Part shown: positions 39,530 through 49,784 of the stretch, one piece after another
Numbering within the stretch: position 1 is the stretch's first letter
Layout: each line of letters opens with the position of its first letter
Assembly: GCA_965202585.1 (NCBI GenBank)
Contig: OZ241834.1
Span: forward strand, 7,564,001-7,628,000
Source: Thalia democratica
Lineage: Eukaryota
Direction of reading: 5' to 3'
DNA: 64,000 nt
Translations under genes and position numbers: made by a program
Notes under the pieces: generated by a model
Seen by the model: only the letters and a program-made list of their open reading frames with translations
What the model was told of the DNA's origin: nothing
The model's database searches: none

Positions 39530-41230
39530 TTAGGAGGACATGCGGTACCTAAACTCGATCTTATCAATCACCTTAGTGAATAGATGACGTTTCGGAGTGG
39601 GCATATGAAGCATCATCTTCTGATGCTTTCGCTTCCTGGAACGGTTTTCCATTACGAAATCATAGGCAGCCAGTGCATAACACAATTCGCCTACAGCCCT
39701 ATAAGGGAGAAAGATTTCATAATCCTTTAACAACCATTCAATTATCATTAAATTAATCTTTTTCTTCCGCCTGAAATCTAGGATCATCTGACCCTTATGC
39801 CACTCCTCCCTCAACATATCGAGTTCATTATTACAATCTGACCTCCCCAAACGCCTCAAGAACTCCTTCTTCTTTAGCAGAAGGCGGTCGTCCTCAGTGC
39901 ACCTCACCCCATCTCCAGCACCTGCTGACTTAAAGTCCGTAGTCTGCTTAACCTTCCAATTCTCTCTATCTAATATGATCCTTTTCCCATTATGACTAAT
40001 TACTGAAGAAGCTGAATCTAATAATCTACCAGTCATTAACAATCCACCACTCTTATCTGGTAGCATGTCAAAGCCCAGCCACTCACCCATCAATAGCATC
40101 TCTGCAGCCAAAGAGGCCAAGGTTTGATCTTCTTGAATACTTATGACGTCGTGAGGAACCACCTTCTTGTCCAATCTCGAGCCGTGACTCAAGTCCTGAA
40201 CTAGAAACCTACCCATATCAGATTCAACTACATAGTCAAGATAGCCCTCATGAATCAAACTGACGGAATTATCAACTAAAACCGTTACTAAACCATTCCT
40301 TCTGTCCGTATTCTTTGCAATAATAGGCAATTTGACGACATCTCCTTTGATAGCGCTAACCTTGTGAAGACTACCTCGATCTAATGCATTCGCCCTAAAC
40401 TGTAAAACCTTCAAATCATCACCCCTCAGATTACAGTCTAATAGATCACATAACCTTCGCTGATTGATTTTTGTCTTATTCCTATTTTTCGCCCTGCGTA
40501 CGCCAACCACATTGTGTGATCCATTAATTTCAATCCATTCTGACCTTTGACCATAACCAACCCCCCCAAAACTACACTTGAACTCGACAAAGTCATCGTT
40601 ACGCTTAGAGTCCCATAAGCAAAAAAGATTGCTGGTAACTATCTTCGCTCGAGAGGTATTGTAATTTGGGGCAAGAGTGACTCTATTCTTAAAAATAGCC
40701 ACTACAATTCCAGGTCTAATCCTCCCCTGGTTACTTAGATCCAGATCAGTCAGAGTGAACGTCCATGCGAATGTCCTGTCTTCTGATGAAACAATCAAAT
40801 TATTATCGACCCTTCCTCTTACTAGAAAAACGCCAAAATGATTCCCAACGATGTTACATAGATACAGATTCGATTTGCGCTCTTCTTGGTCAATAATAAA
40901 CTGGTTTAACCTCCCTACTCTCCAGTCATCAGCGGTCATCATGCAACCTAATGACAGTCCATAATATTGCTTTAGGTCCCACCATCTATCATTAATCAAA
41001 TCGTACCAGCCGTGACTGCTCATAGAATAAAAAGGCTTCGAAAAGACTTCAACGTCCTCCTCCGAATCGACTGACTTAATCATCACGCTCAAATGGTTGT
41101 ACAACGCTTCCTTGGTAACCTCGATTCCTACATCAAGAAATTCGACGTTCATGAGATTAGCTTTGTTCATCCCAATTTTGATCGATCCAATTTTGAGACC
41201 TTCTCTGTCCAATTCAGACATCTCCGTCAA
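39530..41230 (-). CDS. Intronless ORF of unrecognised family (566 codons from TTG; first ATG at 41221); paralogue of 44893-46512; possible endogenous viral element
   Basis: 1.7-kb stop-free frame in DNA clearly more GC-rich than its flanks; roughly 70% identity (estimated by eye) to the second ORF; no family motif recognised. Confidence 0.8.
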   Translation of the reverse strand: MTEMSELDREGLKIGSIKIGMNKANLMNVEFLDVGIEVTKEALYNHLSVMIKSVDSEEDVEVFSKPFYSMSSHGWYDLINDRWWDLKQYYGLSLGCMMTADDWRVGRLNQFIIDQEERKSNLYLCNIVGNHFGVFLVRGRVDNNLIVSSEDRTFAWTFTLTDLDLSNQGRIRPGIVVAIFKNRVTLAPNYNTSRAKIVTSNLFCLWDSKRNDDFVEFKCSFGGVGYGQRSEWIEINGSHNVVGVRRAKNRNKTKINQRRLCDLLDCNLRGDDLKVLQFRANALDRGSLHKVSAIKGDVVKLPIIAKNTDRRNGLVTVLVDNSVSLIHEGYLDYVVESDMGRFLVQDLSHGSRLDKKVVPHDVISIQEDQTLASLAAEMLLMGEWLGFDMLPDKSGGLLMTGRLLDSASSVISHNGKRIILDRENWKVKQTTDFKSAGAGDGVRCTEDDRLLLKKKEFLRRLGRSDCNNELDMLREEWHKGQMILDFRRKKKINLMIIEWLLKDYEIFLPYRAVGELCYALAAYDFVMENRSRKRKHQKMMLHMPTPKRHLFTKVIDKIEFRYRMSS

Positions 41231-41499
41231 TTCTCAATTCCAAGAAAGAGAATATAAATGAGCGATCAGGTTCCTGATTACTGAAGAGTTCTGAATTGGT
41301 GCTGGACCAGTGATGCTAATATTCCTCATTTCGAATTTACAGCTGAGTACTACTTAAAACCTTACTCTTTAAGGATTAACCACTGTTATGTCTTTTTAAT
41401 CAGTTATTACTTTAAATTTATTGAAGTCATTGAAGTCAGCAGATACTGATGGCTCAGTATCTGCATGACCCGTTAACTGATTATAAGATATCTGCATGA

Positions 41500-43000
41500 T
41501 ACTATTTATAAGCTAACAAAAGTTAGCTTATATAGCTTTTACCTTGACGTTACGCTTGAATGCATTTCTACAATAAATTCTGCAAGACTTAAACTTTTTT
41601 TTCTATAATTATTGTCGTACGTATCTGACAAAATTTCGTTTTTTATTACCCTCATCCAGTTTTTGCAGATGCGTTTGTGGCCCTTAGTTTTTTGCACCCC
41701 TTCAATCCTCGACCATTCCAAAAAGGAGCTAAACCCATATAGTATGATATAAGGTACTTTGGTAGCTTAGGTGTATAAAAAATATTTGCACTTCCTGTTC
41801 CTTGTGGTAGTTTCTCACATTTTTGGAAAATACTTGAAGTACAAACGATTTTAATTTATCTTTTGTACAAACTTAAAGATACACTTACAAATTTTTTTTT
41901 CCCATAGACTGAGTGCTTAAAACTTTCATCAGAAGCATAGCTATCTTCAGCATCCTTGGCCTGAATAATATCACCTTAATTTTTAAGGATGTCTTTGGCT
42001 TTTCCATCTTGAAAAGCTATTGATTTTAAATAAATTTCTGCTCTAGTTGAGTGGTCGCTAGATTTTTCACACAAGCAGAGTGCGCACAAATTGTGAAAGG
42101 TTACTATTATTTGGTCTAAATCATCACAGTTGAACCAAAAATTTCTTTTTAAAAAGTACGTTATGTAACTAGCTTTTAAAACTTACCATTGAAGCAAACA
42201 CATGACCGTGAAACCTTTTAGCAGTCTTGTTATTAGTAGCTTTGTTGATATGGTTCGTCACTGCTTTCATGATGTTTTAAAATCAAATAGGTATGATAGT
42301 TTTTTTTTATTGTTCACTTCCTTCTTGTTATACCTATTTATTTACGTTTTAAATTGATACACGATATGTAATACATTTCATACTTACCTTGTGATGTAGC
42401 TGTGCAAGGTTTCATTATTAAATACACTCGAAATAGTGTGTAAAAATGGATAAAAAAAAATTTACTCAGATTTTCCATATAGGAACTCTACTGAACTTTT
42501 TAAACCGATAATACCAGTTTAACAGAAATGCTTGCACATCAATTGTTTTCTGTGAATTTAAATCATTTCTGCGACTGAAAGAGTAGGCTCACCTCTGCCA
42601 TGACCACCAAGTACAATGCATAATAAAAAATATTACCTGTGATGTTTAAGCTTGTTTTGTTTAACTCAACGCTTTGAATTCTAAAACTATAACTACTCTA
42701 GTAACTTAGTTGTTTTGGAAAACTTGTATATTTAAAACTTCAATCGTTACCAAACAATTTTGATAATTTGTTATTAAATCAAGTTTAACTTGGAACTTCA
42801 GCTGGTTTTTTGATCACACTCCCTGTTGCGTCAAAAAAGAGGCTTGTTTTTAACTGAATTGCTAATGGTTCCAAACCTATTGTATACAATTAAAATAATA
42901 ATTGCATTTATAGAAAAATTTACAATCTCGTACTTTCTCGGTACACATGTACACAGCAAACTTGTATTTATTTAGCTTTTCGAACACTTTCCTTTTAAAT
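41500..43000 (-). mobile_element. Second decayed NOF-FB-like MULE transposase
   Basis: LFFDATGSVIKKP (~42800-42845) followed by IMKAV and further fragments; many stops and frameshifts. Confidence 0.55.
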
Positions 43001-44029
43001 GAGTAATTTCGTTTGTACGAAAGAAAGTTATTTTGTAAAGATCATTTTTTAAAAGCTTTTAGTAAACAATTTTTATTTTGCAAAACAACCTATTTATTAA
43101 ATAAGATCATATTATCAGTTGTGAAAACAAAAGCTGTCAATAAAGTTTTACTTCTTACTAACATGGAACTTACTATGTAGCGTATACTTCAAATAACTTT
43201 GAATATCATATGTATAAATTACATATATACTTCTTAACACACTCACTTTTTTTAACTTTCAACATTAACTTCATGTAGCGTTAAACATGCCATCAAAGTT
43301 ATCTTAAACATTTTGTTTTGCCCTGGTTGTCTTGGTATAACATTAAAAAAAAATTCCACTTAAATTGGTTATGCCGTTTGTACAAAAGGAAGTTATTAGT
43401 TGTTACAAAACCTTATCGTTTTTAGTGAAAAATCTTAACTAAACAGCATCTTTTGCTTTACAACCTAAACTTTTTAACTAACTAAAGTTTATATTTATGT
43501 TTTACTTCTTACTAACCTGGAATTTTACATTTAGCATCTTCTCTAAAGAAACGCACTGTTTTTTTGTTAAGAATTAAGAATTTTGCATCAATTGTTTGCA
43601 AACAAAAGGTCACTGTGGTTGTTTAATTTTTTTATGAATGAATTTCTTCAAAAGTGTACAGAATCCCTCTTCAAATGTACTGGATTCTAAATTATATAAC
43701 TTGTTACAGTCGTAATATCAAAATCATAAGTAAGATTTTGTGGTACATAGATTTTGGTACTCACCTATCTTTAATTCAAAAATATTTGTCTTATCTTATT
43801 TTATTTTTTCATCAGTTTCCAGAATAAATTTTTTTTTTTTTTTTCTGCCAAGTGTTTCTAGCACTAGCAGTACTTAAATTTATTCTAAGAAAAGTTTTGA
43901 CTGTACAGTCATTGACATGGAGCAGCTAATCAACTAAACAAATTTAAAACCTTTCAGCTTACACTATTTAAGTTGATTTTAATGACTGTAAAAGGCTTTA
44001 ATTTTTACCAGGTCAAAATATTGTTGAAA

Positions 44030-44850
44030 CTTCTTAATATTTAAATTTCTTTTCACTTTGACTTTTACAACAAATTGGATTTTTAACTACATTTTTTAAT
44101 GTTGAAGATCTATTCAATTCATTTGAAGTTGCTATACTAACCGTCTTTGGCTGATTTTTGATATGTTGTCTTACACTTTTTGGAATGTGCTCTTTAATTC
44201 TGGTTTCAAGGTGTGTAGATGTATTACCAATATAACTGTTTGAGCAATAGCATTCAAACGCGTAAACCACGCAACCTTAATGTTTGTTGGGTATAAGGTT
44301 TAGGACTTAAAACAGAACTAGTTGAAAAAATAACTTAAGTTTAGCAGCATGATAAACTTTTTCCGTCAATTTCTCGATGTTTCTTTCAATCTTAGTCGAT
44401 TTTCACCTGCATAAGGCAAAATGAAAATAACTGGACATTTCTCAGGACCATAAGGTTTTATGTAGTTTAATTTCTTTATTTCAGTTTTAGAAACTTTATC
44501 AATCAAAAAATTAGGATAGCATTTCTTTTATAATATTAAGTTCAATCTTAAAAACTTCTGGAAAACAAATTATAATAGCTCTGTGAAATAAGGGTTTAGT
44601 TTAACCTATTTTTCATCTCTTGCTACAATAAGATTGAAAATTTAGATGTTGACCTGGGAACGAAGGATTTCTGGATACTTATGTGATAATTTTATCATCT
44701 TTTCTTTCAATTGAAACATCCAAAAAAGGTATTTGATTATTTTCCTAAGTTTCTTTGGTGAACATAATAGCACTATGTAGGTAATTTAATTTCTCGAATA
44801 ATAAAGAACTAACTGTTTCACTATCACTAATGATAAAAGTTAGTTCCTTA
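44030..44850 (-). mobile_element. Penelope-like retroelement fragment, 5'-truncated with fold-back
   Basis: FEKLNYLHSAIMFTKET*ENNQIPFLDVSIE (RT), GYPNFLID, LPYAG and VYAFECYCSNSYIGNTSTHLETRIKEH (GIY-YIG); inverted duplication 44766-44886. Confidence 0.85.
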
Positions 44851-44892
44851 GTATTCGAAAGATTAAATTCCCTACATAGTGCTATTGTAATG

Positions 44893-46512
44893 TTAGGCTA
44901 TTTTTCTTTTATGTTTTAATTTCCTACAATTATTATCCATAACGAAATCGTAAGCAGCTAAGGCGTAACACAAATCACCTGCAGTCTTATAATTGATAAA
45001 GATGTCATAATCTTTTAGCAAACAATCAATCATCATCAGATTGATTCTCTTTTTTCGTCTGAAGTTTAGAATTAATTGACCCTTATGCCACTCGTCCTCT
45101 AACATGGCAAGTTCGCCATCACAATCCGATCTGTCCAAGTGCCTTAAAAACTCTTTCTTCTTAAGTAAAAGACGATCCTCATCAGTCCACCTCCTACTGT
45201 CCCCCGCGCCCGCGAGCCCCAGGTCTGTAGTTCGCTTAACTTTCCAGTTGACTTTATCTAATATAATTCTTCTTCCGTTATGGTTAATCACCGAAGAAGC
45301 GGAATCCAGCAACTTGCCAGTTACTAGCATGCCACCTTCCTTATCCGGCAATATATCAAAACCTAGCCACTCACCCATCAATAACATCTCTGCGGCCAGC
45401 GAAGCTACACTCTGATCATCTTGAATGTGTATGACAGTAGGGGGAAGGACCTTCTCATCTAACCTTGAACCATGACTTAAATCCTGAACTATAAATCTAC
45501 GATTGTCTGACTCGACTACATAATCGAGGTAACCCTCATAAATCAGACTGACAGAATTGTCGACCAAAACTGTTACCAACCCATTCCTCCTATCAGTGTG
45601 TTTTGCAATGATAGGCAACTTAACAACATCTCCCTTTATGGCGCTGACCTTATGTAAACTTCCCCGATCTAATGTGTTGGCCTTAAACTGTAGTACTTTC
45701 ACATCTTCGCCCCTCAAATTGCAATCCAACAAATCGCACAATCTTCGCTGATTAACCTTTATTTTACTTATGTTCTTCACACTACGTATGTCAACCAAGC
45801 TACGCGAAGCGTCAATCTCAATCCACTCAGATCTCTGACCGTAACCTATTCCACCAAAACTACGCTTAAAGTTAACAAAATTGTCGTTGCGCTTATTGTC
45901 CCACAAACAGAAGAGGCTATTAGTAACTATGTCTGCTCGAGAAGCATTATAGTTAGGAGCTAATGTAACTTCATTTCTAAATATTGCCACTACAATCCCA
46001 GGTCTAACCCTTCCTTTATTATTCAGATCCAAATTTCTTAGAGTGAACCTAACGGCGAATGACCTATCCTCAGACGAAACTATTAGATCATCATCAACCA
46101 ACCCTCTAACGAGAAATATGCCAGAACGATCTCCAATAGTATTGCATAGGTAAAGATTCGAGTGACGCTCTTTCTGGTCATTAATGAACTGTTTTAATCT
46201 ATTCATCTTCCAATCATTCGTCTCTAACAACCGACCCAATGATAGCCCGTAATAGTGTTTTGAGTCCCACCACCGACTTTTGATTAGATCATACCAACTA
46301 TGACTTCTTACGGAGTAAAAAGGCTTAGAAAAGACCTCCACATCCTTATCTGAATTGATCGACTTCAACGTAGTATTTAAATGAGGAACAGGTACTGCCT
46401 CAGAGTCACTTCTAATAGTTGCATGGCTCTGGCCAGTACCCTTCTCTTGACTACGAGTACAGTGTCTCTTACTCATATTCAAGTACATATAAGAAGTAAA
46501 TAATATATACAA
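44893..46512 (-). CDS. Intronless ORF of unrecognised family (539 aa); paralogue of 39530-41230; possible endogenous viral element
   Basis: 1.6-kb stop-free frame, colinear with the first ORF from HL..KS..S..DVEVFSKPFYS to CYALAAYDFVM; N-termini unrelated. Confidence 0.8.
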   Translation of the reverse strand: MYILFTSYMYLNMSKRHCTRSQEKGTGQSHATIRSDSEAVPVPHLNTTLKSINSDKDVEVFSKPFYSVRSHSWYDLIKSRWWDSKHYYGLSLGRLLETNDWKMNRLKQFINDQKERHSNLYLCNTIGDRSGIFLVRGLVDDDLIVSSEDRSFAVRFTLRNLDLNNKGRVRPGIVVAIFRNEVTLAPNYNASRADIVTNSLFCLWDNKRNDNFVNFKRSFGGIGYGQRSEWIEIDASRSLVDIRSVKNISKIKVNQRRLCDLLDCNLRGEDVKVLQFKANTLDRGSLHKVSAIKGDVVKLPIIAKHTDRRNGLVTVLVDNSVSLIYEGYLDYVVESDNRRFIVQDLSHGSRLDEKVLPPTVIHIQDDQSVASLAAEMLLMGEWLGFDILPDKEGGMLVTGKLLDSASSVINHNGRRIILDKVNWKVKRTTDLGLAGAGDSRRWTDEDRLLLKKKEFLRHLDRSDCDGELAMLEDEWHKGQLILNFRRKKRINLMMIDCLLKDYDIFINYKTAGDLCYALAAYDFVMDNNCRKLKHKRKIA

Positions 46513-46632
46513 ATATCAATTAAATATAAAATATGAATATCAATATGTGACGAATATGAATACAAGAATATCAATAAGAACAGAAATATAAATATCAATA
46601 TTTTAAATAGAACTTAATTTTATTTAATAACT

Positions 46633-46802
46633 ACAGAAACTTTAACCTTAAATGTCACTAAAAATCAATAATAGATTATACACAACTATAAAACTACTAA
46701 ATGGCCCAACTTTTATAAATATAGAAAACTTAAACCTTAATTATCACTAAAATAGTACTGAAAATCACTAATAAAATATATACAACAATAAAACTACTAA
46801 AT
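46633..46802. repeat. Degenerate tandem duplication upstream of the second unknown ORF
   Basis: agaaact(t)aaccttaa.t.tcactaaaa ... acaac.ataaaactactaaat occurs twice. Confidence 0.6.
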
Positions 46803-48767
46803 TTATTATCAAACAAAATAACTATGAGGTTGCAAATAATAAAATGATGAAATGTAAGCAGAAAATAAATAAGGACTAACAGTTGCTTTATTTACTAAAA
46901 ATTCTTTCTTGCAGAGAAAACTAAAAAAACTTAACTTTGGCAACACACTCTCCCAAAATCTCCAAAACTCCAACTGAAGACATGTTTTAGCGTTCCTAGA
47001 GTTTTTATGACTATTTTGGCCTTTTAAGAAAAATAGCCTAACATTACACTATCATACTCTTCAACATATTTTTGATTAGTGTTTCTGCAATTTTGTATAA
47101 AATGTTTATTTGATATAAACAAAGATTTTTTAAAAACAAAAATAAAATATAAGTTTAAGTTTAATTATTATATTCTTTTCTTCTCGTTTTCTTGAAACTT
47201 TTTTATCAATAATTTTAAGACACAAACTTCATAGTAGCTGAAATATTAAAAAAAGTATTTCTTAAAAAAAATTGGTAGGGAGTATAAAATCTAAATTTAG
47301 ATTTTCAGAAGTCAAAAATTAAAGAAATTCGCTCAAGAAGTTTTTTTTCTTTTTAAGTGAGTGTTTATTAAAAATTACAATCAGTAGTATTATTGTTTCA
47401 ATATTAATTTAAAAATGTATAGTTATAAATAGTATCTTTTCTAAAAGTAAATAATAATACTTACATTTTACAACAACAAAGTTAATAAGTTTTATTTATT
47501 TATCCAAGTCTTATTTATTTTAATTAAAAGAATTCTCACTCTGTTTTACAGTTGTTAAACTTAATAATTTATAAAGTTTTTGTTCATATCTGCATTTAAG
47601 CATTCAACTAAACTTAAACAGTTTTTGTTTATTTACATTCTCTGTTAAGCAATTTTTTTCATTTAAAATTACATTGTACCTTGTTAGTACGCTACTTGTT
47701 GAATAAAGCTTGCTATTCATTCTGTAATTATTAACGTATAAATTTCAATTATAAACATTTGTTAGGTTTGAAGTTGATATAAACAATGAAAATTTGTGCG
47801 ATAATTACAATGCTTGCGTGTGGGAATATTCTTTGTTAAGGTGAGAAATTGTTATTAATTCTAAAAAAATATAATCTATTATTTAAGTTTAGCACAAAAT
47901 ATACAAGTATTGTTTCAACCATTGAAAAATATATTAGGAAAGTAGTTAATTTATAACAAGTTCATGTATTCTTTTAGTTGTACTCAAAACTGAATAATAA
48001 TTAATTTAATTAAATCTGTAACTATATTAAAAAAAAAAAAACTTCCAATAAAAGTCTTAAACAAGATTAAGTTGCCTTATGAGATATGTTTAAAAAAATT
48101 AACCCATGATACTACAACTATTACTAAAAGATTTGAAATCATTATATATAGAGATTTCAAACATATTTTTTATTGTTTTTAGGTAAAAACATTAAAAAAA
48201 AATCTACATAATTGAATATATACAACCATTTATTATTAGTGAAATTAATTTTTCAAACATAAAATAATTAAGTGTTTATTATATTAGTTAAAATTAATTA
48301 AACTTATGAAACAAATTGTTAATTAAAGTATGTCGATTTGCTTACGACTATACTTTATTTTAGTTAAATAGCATTTTTAAATATTCTTTTCTAAATCATA
48401 TCGCTCTTGTTATTGGAGAATAAACTTTTAGGTTTTTGAAATACTAGTTGAGAGTATAAAGATTAAATATGTTATTTTTAGTTAATTGCTAGCAGACATT
48501 TCAGAATTTTTGAACTCGCACATGTATATTCAATAAACAATACACAATGTTATATAAAATGAGGTTATGAGCTGATAAAAATCTTGCAACTAAGCTTGCT
48601 AGTTTTAAAGTTTACAAGTCATAACAAATAAGTAAGATAAAAAAGACGTTTCAGATTAAAATTGATTTTTATAAAAAGTATACTCAAGTTACAATGATAA
48701 TGATAATATATTAAGGTTGTTTTAACAATAAATTTTTAAAGAGCTTCACAATTAAGGAGCCTTTATA

Positions 48768-49359
48768 CAATTATGACAAAAGTTAAATTGTTAAAAAGTT
48801 TATTACTTAACAATTGTTTCACGCTAGTGCGATGATCACAAGTAAAAGTAAACAAACTAATAAGTTGCAACGGACAAACATTTTATATAGTTTTAGATAA
48901 GTAATTAGTTGATTAGGTGATTAGTTAACTAATTGAATTTTAGTAATAATCAGCAAGATAAATTATAATTAACGTAAATACAATCATAACAAAAATCAAA
49001 CGATAAAAACAAAACTATATAATGAAAACAAAGGTAGATTAAACTTAAATCTAGCATTAAAGTCTTAATTTGCTAGATTTAAGTTTAATCTACCTTTGTT
49101 TTCATTATATAGTTTTGTTTTTATCGTTTGATTTTTGTTATGATTGTATTTACGTTAATTATAATTTATCTTGCTGATTATTACTAAAATTCAATTAGTT
49201 AACTAATCACCTAATCAACTAATTACTTATCTAAAACTATATAAAATGTTTGTCCGTTGCAACTTATTAGTTTGTTTACTTTTACTTGTGATCATCGCAC
49301 TAGCGTGAAACAATTGTTAAGTAATAAACTTTTTAACAATTTAACTTTTGTCATAATTG
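48768..49359. repeat. 592-bp palindrome (two 289-bp arms, 14-nt loop)
   Basis: 48768-49056 is the reverse complement of 49071-49359; no mismatch found on reading. Confidence 0.95.
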
Positions 49360-49784
49360 GATAATGATAATAAACTTAACTAACCTTAAAAAGAACTACC
49401 AGTTATCCTTTATTACTTATTACCAGAATTCTTGATTTGTACAAACTATGTAATTAGATAGACAGCTACAAGAACTTAATTAATTCAATTTATTTCAACA
49501 GATAACTGTATTGAAATCAGCGAGTGAAGGAGCGTGTTTAGTTCTAGCCGTTGATAAAGCAGAAAAACCTAGGTTCGGTTGAACAACAAGCAACAATCTG
49601 GCAGAAGTATGAGAAGACTACTGTATCTAATAACGTTGCTATGCTGCGGAAATAGCGTTGATGTGTGTTTTTGTGATTATAGTGATATTGTTTTCTATTT
49701 CGATGTTTAATAAATAGTTATAAGTTTCTTTACTGCTTCAAATTACGGTTTACATGCGTAAAATTTTGAAAGTATACTTTAGAT

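Noticed and set aside
45104-45751. Plus-strand ORFs inside ORF2
   Set aside because: Antisense shadows; not conserved as open frames in ORF1.
46936-46983. Possible first coding exon for ORF2 (MSSVGVLEILGECVAK followed by GTTAAG)
   Set aside because: No in-phase acceptor found upstream of ORF2; needs RNA data.
49440-49755. Possible solo LTR (GC-richer, AATAAA, ends in ...TTACA)
   Set aside because: No clear 5' TG boundary, TSD or partner LTR.
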